IMG/VR virus record: IMGVR_UViG_3300048670_000627
Location: 1-39,464 of that record
Strand: one strand, 5' to 3'
DNA from: a virus
Taxonomy: Duplodnaviria > Caudoviricetes
DNA length: 39,464 nucleotides
Positions within the stretch are counted from its first letter, which is position 1, and every line of letters starts with the position of its first letter. Both the position numbers and the translations under genes were made by a program. This document shows, in pieces, positions 1 to 7,787 of this stretch. Under the pieces are notes generated by a model. It made no database searches. It was not told the origin of the DNA and worked only from the letters and a program-made list of their open reading frames with translations.

Positions 1-935
1 GTGTCAGTATATTCATACCAAGCTCCACCCTGCTTTACGATTTTATTATCTTTCATTAAGCCAAGCCAACTACCATAGTTGTCAATACCTCTATCAAAGT
101 AAATTTCAAAATCGGCATGTCTTAGTGGTGGGCCCATACGATTCTTAACGATTTGAGCACGAACTTTAATACCAACTATTCTATCTCCTACTTTGAGTGA
201 GCCCATATTCTTTAATCTCAATCTAACTGAAGCATGGAATGCTAATGCTTTACCTCCCGATGTAGTCCAAGGGTCAGAGAATGCCATTGCGTTCATCTTC
301 TGCCTTAATTGATTTGTGAATATCAATGCGATATTTTGACGACCAATCATATTGGTTATCTTTCTCATTGCTTTGGAAATGATAATTGCTTTATCCGTTG
401 CGTAACCATCTTTACCATAATCGGCATCCAATTCTTTTAATGTAGAAGCTGCTGCTACTGAATCTACTACGATTGTTACCAACCTATCCTTATCGGCGGT
501 TCGTACCTTCTCAATAATAGTTTCACAGGCCTCAAAGATACCTTCTACCGTATCTACTGAAACATAAAGGAGTTTGGATATATCCATTCCTAATGCCTCT
601 AAAAAATCTTTGTTTACTGCCGTTTCCGTATCAATCAATACTGCAACACCTCCCTTCTTTTGTGTTTCAGCCAGAAGATGGGCAGAGAGCAGAGATTTTC
701 CACTCTGCTCTAAACCCGTAATCTCTGTGATGCGGCCAACTGGCAAACCACCATAAGGTCTATTGGATATTGCTACATCTAACATAGCGTTTCCGGTGGA
801 TAACCAATCCTTTACATTGGTTGGTGCATCTCCGCCATCGCCGGTTAGAAAGTATGCAATCTTTCCTTCCTTATTTTGTTTGTTTAGGGAGTCAGCAAGA
901 ATACTTGCTAAATCATCTACTGCTTTTTTGGCCAT
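1..935 (-). CDS. recA: RecA/UvsX-family recombinase, 3' end outside the window
   Basis: Not in the ORF track; translated by hand from ATG at 935: MAKKAVDDLASILADSLN...STGNAMLDVAI...GGLPVGRITEITGLEQSGKS (Walker A)...IDTE...IVVDSVAA (Walker B)...IFTNQLR...TTSGGKALAFHASVRL...KNRMGPP...GAWY. The frame is open to the window edge. Confidence 0.95.
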   Translation of the reverse strand, partial: MAKKAVDDLASILADSLNKQNKEGKIAYFLTGDGGDAPTNVKDWLSTGNAMLDVAISNRPYGGLPVGRITEITGLEQSGKSLLSAHLLAETQKKGGVAVLIDTETAVNKDFLEALGMDISKLLYVSVDTVEGIFEACETIIEKVRTADKDRLVTIVVDSVAAASTLKELDADYGKDGYATDKAIIISKAMRKITNMIGRQNIALIFTNQLRQKMNAMAFSDPWTTSGGKALAFHASVRLRLKNMGSLKVGDRIVGIKVRAQIVKNRMGPPLRHADFEIYFDRGIDNYGSWLGLMKDNKIVKQGGAWYEYTD

Positions 936-949
936 TAAGTTGGTTTTAA

Positions 950-1801
950 TTATGAATTGAATAAATCATCAAAGGCAGATGCTACATCATCTTTTGCTTT
1001 TGAAGGTTCTGCTTTCTTTTCCCAAGGCAAGTCACCAAATTCATCATCTGGGTTTGGTTTTGCCGCCGGTTTATTTGTAGCAGTTGTAGTGGTTGCTTTT
1101 GGTTTTGGTGCTTCCAATTCATCAATTAGTTCATCATCGCCCGTTGCGGCTGCTGATGGGTTTAACCAATTCTCAAGGATAGTTTTTAACTCTGCGTAAG
1201 ATAATTCCGAATACAATTCAGTAATTTCTCTTTGATTGTTCAACAACTGGTCTACAGTTTCCGGATCGGAATGTATCTTAGATGTTGCCGGTTTAACACG
1301 GATTGTAGTTGTAGGATAAGATGCGTTTGATTCTTCAGCTGATGTTACTTCCAACACAATATCTCTACCGTTGTTTGGGTCAGTAATATCACCATAATCA
1401 GGATCTGCTATGTAACCTAAAATGTCCTGGTATACCGTCTTACCAAAACCCCAGAACTTTACTCCTTCATTCTCTTTACCACGTACGATAACGGGTACAA
1501 AAGTACGAAGTTTCGGCTCCATTTTCTTACCTGCTTTCCAATCATCAGTATCGCCTGTACGTTTAAGTTTTTCTGCAAACTCAACGATTGGGTCAGGTCT
1601 ACCAAATGAGATAGGACTCAGATAAGTTTTGTTGTTAATGTTGTAATGAAAATAAAGTTCAATGAAAGGAAGGTCTTTGTTGAACTTGTACGGAACAATA
1701 CGAATAAGTGATTTTCCGTTTGCTGGCTTCCAAATTAAGTCAGACTTTTTTGATGTGTTTTGAAGGCTTTTAAAGCGATTCAGTGCTAATGAAATGTCCA
1801 T
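950..1801 (-). CDS. Single-stranded DNA-binding protein, T4 gp32-like
   Basis: WKP...IRIVP...ELYFHY N-terminus, VKFWGFGKTVY and DITDPNNGRD motifs, acidic tail ending AFDDLFNS; adjacent to recA. Confidence 0.85.
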   Translation of the reverse strand: MDISLALNRFKSLQNTSKKSDLIWKPANGKSLIRIVPYKFNKDLPFIELYFHYNINNKTYLSPISFGRPDPIVEFAEKLKRTGDTDDWKAGKKMEPKLRTFVPVIVRGKENEGVKFWGFGKTVYQDILGYIADPDYGDITDPNNGRDIVLEVTSAEESNASYPTTTIRVKPATSKIHSDPETVDQLLNNQREITELYSELSYAELKTILENWLNPSAAATGDDELIDELEAPKPKATTTTATNKPAAKPNPDDEFGDLPWEKKAEPSKAKDDVASAFDDLFNS

Positions 1802-1899
1802 TTGCTTTTGTTGTTTTAAGGTTTAAAAATTAAGTTTAAAGTTGAGGTTTATTGCAATATCTCTATTACTAAATATAACCTATTTCTCTTTTATTATTA

Positions 1900-1931
1900 T
1901 AAATATACAAAAATTAATTGGATTTACCAAA
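1900..1931 (-). promoter_or_regulatory. Bacteroidota-type -33/-7 promoter variant upstream of SSB, overlapping a TATTTATA motif
   Basis: The minus strand reads TTTG (1931-1928), 20 nt, TATATTTA (1907-1900); the established consensus is TTTG-N19-21-TAnnTTTG. Confidence 0.55.
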
Positions 1932-1932
1932 T

Positions 1933-2295
1933 TTATTTTGCCCATTTACCACGACTTACCAATTGTGCTATAACGCCATATACAGAGAGGTCTTGGTAGG
2001 TATCATCTACTGCTTCACCTACATTATCTTGCTTTCCCAATACTACTAATTGCTTTAATCGCTGTGTTTTATCGTTCATTCTAAACCACAGGCCTGTTAG
2101 GGATAATTTCGTATCTTCATCGGTTTCTAATGATGTTCCTACTGAAATGTTATGTGGTCCGTAATTGGATTGTTTTGCACAAAATGTTTCATATCCTTCC
2201 ATAATGATATTAAGGTATTCCTTAGTCATCTCAGGGTATTGTTCTTCAATTTGTTTTACTACTTCCGGATTCTTGTACTTGTAATTGTAACTCAT
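1933..2295 (-). CDS. DUF1599 / nucleotide-modification-associated domain 1 (Nmad1)-like helical protein
   Basis: F.AKQSNYG...RMNDKTQRL...EAVDDTYQDLSVYGVI matches the KxxDYG...RxxDKxxR...DTxxDLxxY pattern of this family. Confidence 0.7.
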   Translation of the reverse strand: MSYNYKYKNPEVVKQIEEQYPEMTKEYLNIIMEGYETFCAKQSNYGPHNISVGTSLETDEDTKLSLTGLWFRMNDKTQRLKQLVVLGKQDNVGEAVDDTYQDLSVYGVIAQLVSRGKWAK

Positions 2296-2608
2296 TTTTT
2301 TGTAAATTTTTATTTATTTTGTTTTTTAATTTCATTGCCAATGCGCAATCTTCATATTCTTCAAACTCAATAAGGTTTTCTATGTTTTGCTCTAAAAGGT
2401 CTACATATTCCTTACTATCTATTGAAAGAGTTATAACTAACAACCCTTTAATAATGATATAAGCAAAATCTACTTTTTTCTTTTTATTACGAAGTCCAAA
2501 ATCCACAGCATGAATTATAGCTTTGGATAATTCCAATTTATAATCATTGAAAATAGTAGCCGGATTATCGGTTTCTATTTCTATGGGTTTGAATCTCTTT
2601 GTTGCCAT
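2246..2608 (-). CDS. Hypothetical protein with UVR-like C-terminal helix
   Basis: 120-aa ORF with a promoter directly upstream; IEFEEYEDCALAMKLK resembles a UvrB/C motif; overlaps the next gene by 50 nt. Confidence 0.6.
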   Translation of the reverse strand: MATKRFKPIEIETDNPATIFNDYKLELSKAIIHAVDFGLRNKKKKVDFAYIIIKGLLVITLSIDSKEYVDLLEQNIENLIEFEEYEDCALAMKLKNKINKNLQKNELQLQVQESGSSKTN

Positions 2609-2612
2609 AAAT

Positions 2613-2644
2613 CAAATATAAGAAAAATAATTTAATTTTCCAAA
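2613..2644 (-). promoter_or_regulatory. Bacteroidota primary-sigma promoter (-33 TTTG / -7 TAnnTTTG)
   Basis: Exact match: TTTG (2644-2641), 20 nt, TATATTTG (2620-2613), 4 nt before the ATG at 2608. Confidence 0.75.
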
Positions 2645-3030
2645 TTGATTTTCTTGTGGATTTTTGTAGGAATTTTTTTGTAACCGGTATTCGATGTAGT
2701 TAGAATACAATTTTGAAATTCTTCCCAATCAATTACAAATGAATTATCGGTTTGACCACCTGTCATTGATTTTACTACTTCGTTGAGTGCGTTTATAGTG
2801 TATATTGTATTAGTCTGCTTCTTACGATGTACTAATATAGTTTTCCAATTAGATGATATCGGGGCTGAACCTTTCATTACGTTAAATGTTATGAATAACT
2901 CTTCTGGTCTTACTTTGCTTTCCAAAACGAAGACATTTGGGTTTATTATTTCATACCTGTCCAATATGAAATCAATGGAATGTTGTAACTCCGTATTGAT
3001 TGTGAATAAGCAAAGTAGTTGTGTATTCAT
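2632..3030 (-). CDS. Hypothetical protein
   Basis: 132-aa ORF, translationally coupled (TAATG overlap at 3030) to the upstream gene. Confidence 0.7.
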   Translation of the reverse strand: MNTQLLCLFTINTELQHSIDFILDRYEIINPNVFVLESKVRPEELFITFNVMKGSAPISSNWKTILVHRKKQTNTIYTINALNEVVKSMTGGQTDNSFVIDWEEFQNCILTTSNTGYKKIPTKIHKKINLEN

Positions 3031-4682
3031 TATTTATTTTTGATTTGCTGTTGTTTAAGTTTTCCTTTGAGTTCTTTCTCTCTATCTTTTAATTTCTTTT
3101 GAGTTTTTTCAACCTCCAAAATAGCCTTAGCCAAAGCTGTGTCGGTTCTTACTGATTCTTTTTTAGACATTAGTATACCGGCCTTTTTCATAGCGATAAT
3201 CATATCTTTACGCATTAGATCAGGCTTTTTTGGTAAAGATCTAGTTCTTGAACCACCTACCTGAGCTTTGTATCTAACAATAAAATGTGGGTCTTGTTTA
3301 TTAATATCTATCCCAAGTTTTTTTAATTTATTTGGATAATCAGGATCTGCTGCCAAGAAATTTTGAGTATCTCTTTCTTTTAGATTTGGATGGACATAAT
3401 TCCAAGCTTTTGCAACCATTTGTTGATCTTCCGAATTTAGTTCACCAATAGTTTGTTCTGTAAACCCACTATAATCGTCTTTTCCAAATGATTTTATTAA
3501 ATTTGTAAATAATTGATCTCTAGCAATAGTTTTTATTTCATCTTTAATTTTTTTAAGTTCTTTTTCTTCTGGAGTTCTATTGTATTTTTTTAATGATTTT
3601 TCAAGCAATTCATTTCCTTCTAAAGAATTTTTATGTTGATTTATTCTAGTTTCCATCAAATCCCAATTTTCCGGACTATCCAATCTACGCTTTTCATCTT
3701 CTATTGTTGTTTTAATACCTTTTGCGGTTTTGTCTTCCACAGCCTGTTTAGCGGAACTAAATGGGACATGGTGATCTAGTTGCATGTGATTAAATGGTAC
3801 AAATTTTCCCGTAATTGCACTTCTTCCACCGGTTTCTAAATATTTTTTTACAATAGCTCTAAATCTTTTTTTACCACTTTCTCCTGTTGTTAAAAATGTA
3901 TCAACTGCTCCAGATTTTGTAACACGTTGTTCCCATTTTTTATAATCTTTTCCTAATTTGTTTTTAACTATTCCAACTGCTATATCAATATCCTCATCTT
4001 GTATATCATACTGTGGTAATTTTAATCTATAGCTTGGGTCTTTTAATTGCCTTTTTGTTACATCTATAATCGCTTTTAATTCATCATCAGTTGGTTCAAA
4101 TACGCCCACCCCTTTTGTTATTTTTTCTTCTTTACCTAATAATCCTTTTTCAACTACCTCAAGCAATATACTCTTTCTACCGGTAAAGGTTTTTATTTGA
4201 CCTGTAGTTGGTTTGTATTCTTTCTTTTTTTTATTTTCTCCCTTTTCTTTTGAAAATACATCTTTACCGGTTGTATCAAAAACCGGAGTACCTTTTGGCT
4301 TATCAGAGTTTTTTGATTTAGATACTAATCCTTTGATTTTTTCAGGAGATACTTTATCAGATTCTAATGATTTTACAGCTGCTATATATCCTGGATGCTT
4401 TTTATCGTAACCTAATCCGGATCCAATTTTTATTTTATGCTGCTTTTTATCTTTTCCAGTATATGTTATTTCTTTATCTAGCGGATTATTTTTTACATCA
4501 GCTTCATTCACATAACCAAAAATAACTCTTGCCTTTTGAGCAAGGCGATTGGCATCATCTACTCCGTTCTCACGAAGGATTTGGACTAACATTGTAACCT
4601 GATGTTCTTCGTTTAAGTTTATAATACCATGTGGTAATCTATACTCCAACTCTTTAAGAATTTCTTCAAAATCTATATTCAT
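3030..4682 (-). CDS. HNH-nuclease-domain protein with a putative head-protein N-terminus
   Basis: GRSAITG...MQLDHHVPFS...ENWDLMETRINQHKN gives the DH...N...N pattern; the N-terminal part has LNE/VNE sites and modules shared with neighbouring genes. Confidence 0.65.
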   Translation of the reverse strand: MNIDFEEILKELEYRLPHGIINLNEEHQVTMLVQILRENGVDDANRLAQKARVIFGYVNEADVKNNPLDKEITYTGKDKKQHKIKIGSGLGYDKKHPGYIAAVKSLESDKVSPEKIKGLVSKSKNSDKPKGTPVFDTTGKDVFSKEKGENKKKKEYKPTTGQIKTFTGRKSILLEVVEKGLLGKEEKITKGVGVFEPTDDELKAIIDVTKRQLKDPSYRLKLPQYDIQDEDIDIAVGIVKNKLGKDYKKWEQRVTKSGAVDTFLTTGESGKKRFRAIVKKYLETGGRSAITGKFVPFNHMQLDHHVPFSSAKQAVEDKTAKGIKTTIEDEKRRLDSPENWDLMETRINQHKNSLEGNELLEKSLKKYNRTPEEKELKKIKDEIKTIARDQLFTNLIKSFGKDDYSGFTEQTIGELNSEDQQMVAKAWNYVHPNLKERDTQNFLAADPDYPNKLKKLGIDINKQDPHFIVRYKAQVGGSRTRSLPKKPDLMRKDMIIAMKKAGILMSKKESVRTDTALAKAILEVEKTQKKLKDREKELKGKLKQQQIKNK

Positions 4683-4686
4683 CTTT

Positions 4687-5235
4687 TTATATTTTATTTG
4701 CTAACCATCCGGCTGCATCTCTTACTTTATAAATATTCTTAATTGCCGTTTCCAATCCGGCATTATCGTCTAATACTGATTGTGCCATTTCAAACGCCTG
4801 GTCATCGCTGAACTTATTATATTTCTTATCACGTCCCAAGTCCTTTATAAACTTTTCAACCTTTGGCTTATTCCAAGTTTCCATTTCCTTACCACCCACA
4901 ATCTTTGCTTTCTCTAATACGTCCGTAACATCACCAAAGTCACCAACATAATTTGAACCGGCTAATGATTTTGCAGCCATGTCCGGCTTATCGGTTACGT
5001 GAAACATTAATTGATTTAGTCGAGGTGCACCTGCTACGGTTTCAGTTCTTACTAAACAAAACTTATCACCTATTTGGTAGAATGTATTGGTTACAGTTGC
5101 ACCATAATTGCCTGGTTTCTTTTCAGATGATACCTTTTTGAAATTGATGCCTTCTTTTTTAGCCCAAGCATCTAAGTCAGCTGCAAGTTTTTGAACACCA
5201 TACCCTTCGTTGAGTAAATCCTTTAATCTTATCAT
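4687..5235 (-). CDS. Putative internal head protein (MIRLKDLLNE leader)
   Basis: N-terminus nearly identical to MIRLKDILKE (38048) and MKLKDLLSE (38427) in the head module. Confidence 0.6.
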   Translation of the reverse strand: MIRLKDLLNEGYGVQKLAADLDAWAKKEGINFKKVSSEKKPGNYGATVTNTFYQIGDKFCLVRTETVAGAPRLNQLMFHVTDKPDMAAKSLAGSNYVGDFGDVTDVLEKAKIVGGKEMETWNKPKVEKFIKDLGRDKKYNKFSDDQAFEMAQSVLDDNAGLETAIKNIYKVRDAAGWLANKI

Positions 5236-5250
5236 TGTTTATATTTTTAA

Positions 5251-5949
5251 TTACCATCTATAATCGCCAAATTCATCGGGTTTGAATCCTACCAACGATT
5301 TAAGTTTGTTCTTAATGGCCTGTCTTTTGTGATATTTTTCGGCATCCTTTTCTAATTCATCTTGATATGCATCTAAGACATCTTTATTATATTTGCCCGT
5401 TATACTTACATCGCTCTTTAGTACTTTTCCCGATGGTGATAAGACAACTTCATAATCATCATTTGCTGCGTATATGTTTCCTGTGACTTTATCAACTCCA
5501 ATAGCATTAACCTTTTTATTTTCGTAATCGGAAAAATGATCAGCTGCTACTTTATCTTCATCTTCATTAGGCCGTCTTGCTCCAAATTGAAATCCTTTTG
5601 AACCTACAAAATCTTTTATCTTACCCATAATACCACCATCATCGGATTTTTTACCAAACACTTCACCGCCTTTATTATTACCAAATACAGGGCTACCTTT
5701 AAGTTCGGTGTCTTTGGATTGTTTGGCCGCTTGGGTTACACTCATTTTTTTACCTGCTACGGTAACTTGCGTGTCGCCTCGCATATCATGTTGTTTTTGA
5801 TAAGAGTCAAATGCTTTTTGACTACCAAAATCCAATTCGTTTAGTTGCTGAAGTCTTTCCTTAATCAAAGAAATCTCTTGCTCTTTTGTTAATTGAGTGC
5901 CGGCTATCTTATTCATAGCCTTAACTTCTTGTAGTAATGTTTTTTTCAT
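5251..5949 (-). CDS. Putative internal head protein, MKKTLLQE paralog A
   Basis: The first ~75-80 aa are shared with the two upstream genes; the C-terminus is unique. Confidence 0.65.
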   Translation of the reverse strand: MKKTLLQEVKAMNKIAGTQLTKEQEISLIKERLQQLNELDFGSQKAFDSYQKQHDMRGDTQVTVAGKKMSVTQAAKQSKDTELKGSPVFGNNKGGEVFGKKSDDGGIMGKIKDFVGSKGFQFGARRPNEDEDKVAADHFSDYENKKVNAIGVDKVTGNIYAANDDYEVVLSPSGKVLKSDVSITGKYNKDVLDAYQDELEKDAEKYHKRQAIKNKLKSLVGFKPDEFGDYRW

Positions 5950-5963
5950 TGTTTATATTTTAA

Positions 5964-6743
5964 TTACCAATCACCAGAAGCGCCTCCGCCTCCGAAACTT
6001 CCACCACCAAATCCTCCAAATCCACTATCATTATCATCACGTTCTCTTCTTTTCATTCTTTTAATTATTGAATCCAAACTATTATCATCTTTTGCGGAAT
6101 CACTACTACCAAATCCCTTAAACATACTACTACCGGTTGGTTTGGTATCTTTTTTCTTTGTGGTGTTATCCGTTGGCTTGGTTTCTTTATCCGTTCTATC
6201 ATTTGTAACACGTGCATCTATATTATGCTTATGCTTATCACGTTCTTTTCTACGAGCATCACGTGCTTTTTCCGTATCTTGTGCTGTTTTATATTTTTCA
6301 CCGGTAGGGTCTACATCAATCATTGATTGTATATCTGCTGCCAAATGTTTGTATCGTTCTGGATTTTCTAAAGCCTTTCCTATTGTAATACTACTACCAC
6401 GCTTTGGGTCAAATATTTTTGATTTATTAAGTGGGTTTTTAGAGTCCAATGCTTTTGGCATAGAAACGGGTTCTTCAGCTTTACCAAATAGTTTTGCTCC
6501 TAATTTTTGTAAAAACCCTGGCTTCTTTGATGCATCTGCTACAGTAGTTTCTTTACCTGATATCTTCACCTTTGTATCAGGTCTCATTTTGTGATTCTTT
6601 CTATACGCATCAAATGAAGCCTGATGTGTAAAGTCCAACTCTTGTAGTCGATTCTTAATGAACGCAATCTCTTGCTCTACAGTCATTTGAGTACCGGCTA
6701 TACGGTTCATATCCTTAACTTCTTGTAATAGTGTTTTTTTCAT
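5964..6743 (-). CDS. Putative internal head protein, MKKTLLQE paralog B, Gly-rich C-terminus
   Basis: Shared N-terminus; ends SGFGGFGGGSFGGGGASGDW. Confidence 0.65.
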   Translation of the reverse strand: MKKTLLQEVKDMNRIAGTQMTVEQEIAFIKNRLQELDFTHQASFDAYRKNHKMRPDTKVKISGKETTVADASKKPGFLQKLGAKLFGKAEEPVSMPKALDSKNPLNKSKIFDPKRGSSITIGKALENPERYKHLAADIQSMIDVDPTGEKYKTAQDTEKARDARRKERDKHKHNIDARVTNDRTDKETKPTDNTTKKKDTKPTGSSMFKGFGSSDSAKDDNSLDSIIKRMKRRERDDNDSGFGGFGGGSFGGGGASGDW

Positions 6744-6750
6744 TTTTTAT

Positions 6751-7716
6751 TTATTGTTCTGCGATTGCTCTAAAAATAAGATTGGCCAATGGTTTATGGT
6801 CTCCGTATCCATCCATATTTTTCTTATTAAATTCATCCCACGCATCCATCATTTCTTTTTTGTCAATTTTTCCTTTTTTTACATAACTTGTAAGAGTATC
6901 AACCATTTGATGCATATCTCTACTATTATTCATTTTTTCCTCACTACCTTGAACACTTTTAAGTGCGTTACCAATCGTATTCAATGCGTCGGCCTTTTTT
7001 TCCTCAAAACCTTTTGATGAAACTCTTCCGCCGAATGCCTCAATATCATCCTCCGCATATTTCAATTCTCTTTTATATTTTTTTGCAGTAGAGCCTGCAT
7101 ATTTTATAGCATCTTCTTCGTTATTAAAACTTTTATCAACTTTACCACTCAATTTTGCTGGATCGTTAGTATCATCGCTTGGGCCAAGCGATACACGAAT
7201 TTTTCCTTTTTTCCTTTCATCTGGTCCAATGAATAATGTATAAATCGGATCAGCACCACTCTTTGTTTTCAAATTATATTCAATATCTCCGCCACTACTC
7301 ACGTTCGTATATCCATCATCACTACCAATTGCCGTATTTAGTGTTGATTGTACTTTTGAGTTAAATTTAATAACTGAGTCATCATCATCCCAATCCGTTT
7401 TAGCTGCAGTTGTTTTTTTACCGAATACATCGCCACCTTTATCTTTTCCAAATACAGAAGTTCCTTTAACGTCGGGGTCTTTTGATTGGTCTTTAGCTTG
7501 AGATACACTCATTTTCTTACCTGCCACAGTTACCTTTGTAGTATCACGTAGGTTGTGATTCTTTTGATAAGAGTCAAATGCTTTTTGTGTACCAAACTCT
7601 AATTCGTTTAGTTGTTCGAGTCTTTCACGGATAATAGCAATTTCTTGTTCTTTCGTCATTTGAGTTCCAGCAATTTTGTTCATTGCTTTAACTTCTTGTA
7701 ATAGAGTTTTTTTCAT
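6751..7716 (-). CDS. Putative internal head protein, MKKTLLQE paralog C (321 aa)
   Basis: Start moved from 7758 to the ATG at 7716 so that the protein begins MKKTLLQEVKAMNKIAG like its paralogs; A-rich upstream sequence. Confidence 0.7.
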   Translation of the reverse strand: MKKTLLQEVKAMNKIAGTQMTKEQEIAIIRERLEQLNELEFGTQKAFDSYQKNHNLRDTTKVTVAGKKMSVSQAKDQSKDPDVKGTSVFGKDKGGDVFGKKTTAAKTDWDDDDSVIKFNSKVQSTLNTAIGSDDGYTNVSSGGDIEYNLKTKSGADPIYTLFIGPDERKKGKIRVSLGPSDDTNDPAKLSGKVDKSFNNEEDAIKYAGSTAKKYKRELKYAEDDIEAFGGRVSSKGFEEKKADALNTIGNALKSVQGSEEKMNNSRDMHQMVDTLTSYVKKGKIDKKEMMDAWDEFNKKNMDGYGDHKPLANLIFRAIAEQ

Positions 7717-7772
7717 TTCTTTTTTTTGAGTAATTGACAAAATTCGGACGTAATCCAAACATAATTATATGA

Positions 7773-7781
7773 TATAAATAT
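7773..7781 (-). promoter_or_regulatory. ATATTTATA putative late promoter
   Basis: Intergenic copy of the recurring motif, 56 nt before the ATG at 7716. Confidence 0.55.
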
Positions 7782-7787
7782 AATTAA

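Noticed and set aside
2246-2300. 50-nt gene overlap with an A7 run considered as a second frameshift site
   Set aside because: The downstream gene has its own ATG in an A-rich context and no fusion is expected; a simple C-terminal run-on explains the overlap.
3030-4682. HNH gene as an intron- or intein-encoded homing endonuclease
   Set aside because: No interrupted host gene, intein termini or flanking intron-like sequence; it abuts its neighbours and shares modules with the cassette.
7717-7758. Longer start (MDYVRILS...) for paralog C
   Set aside because: Paralog alignment places the start at ATG 7716; the extension overlaps the A-rich leader.
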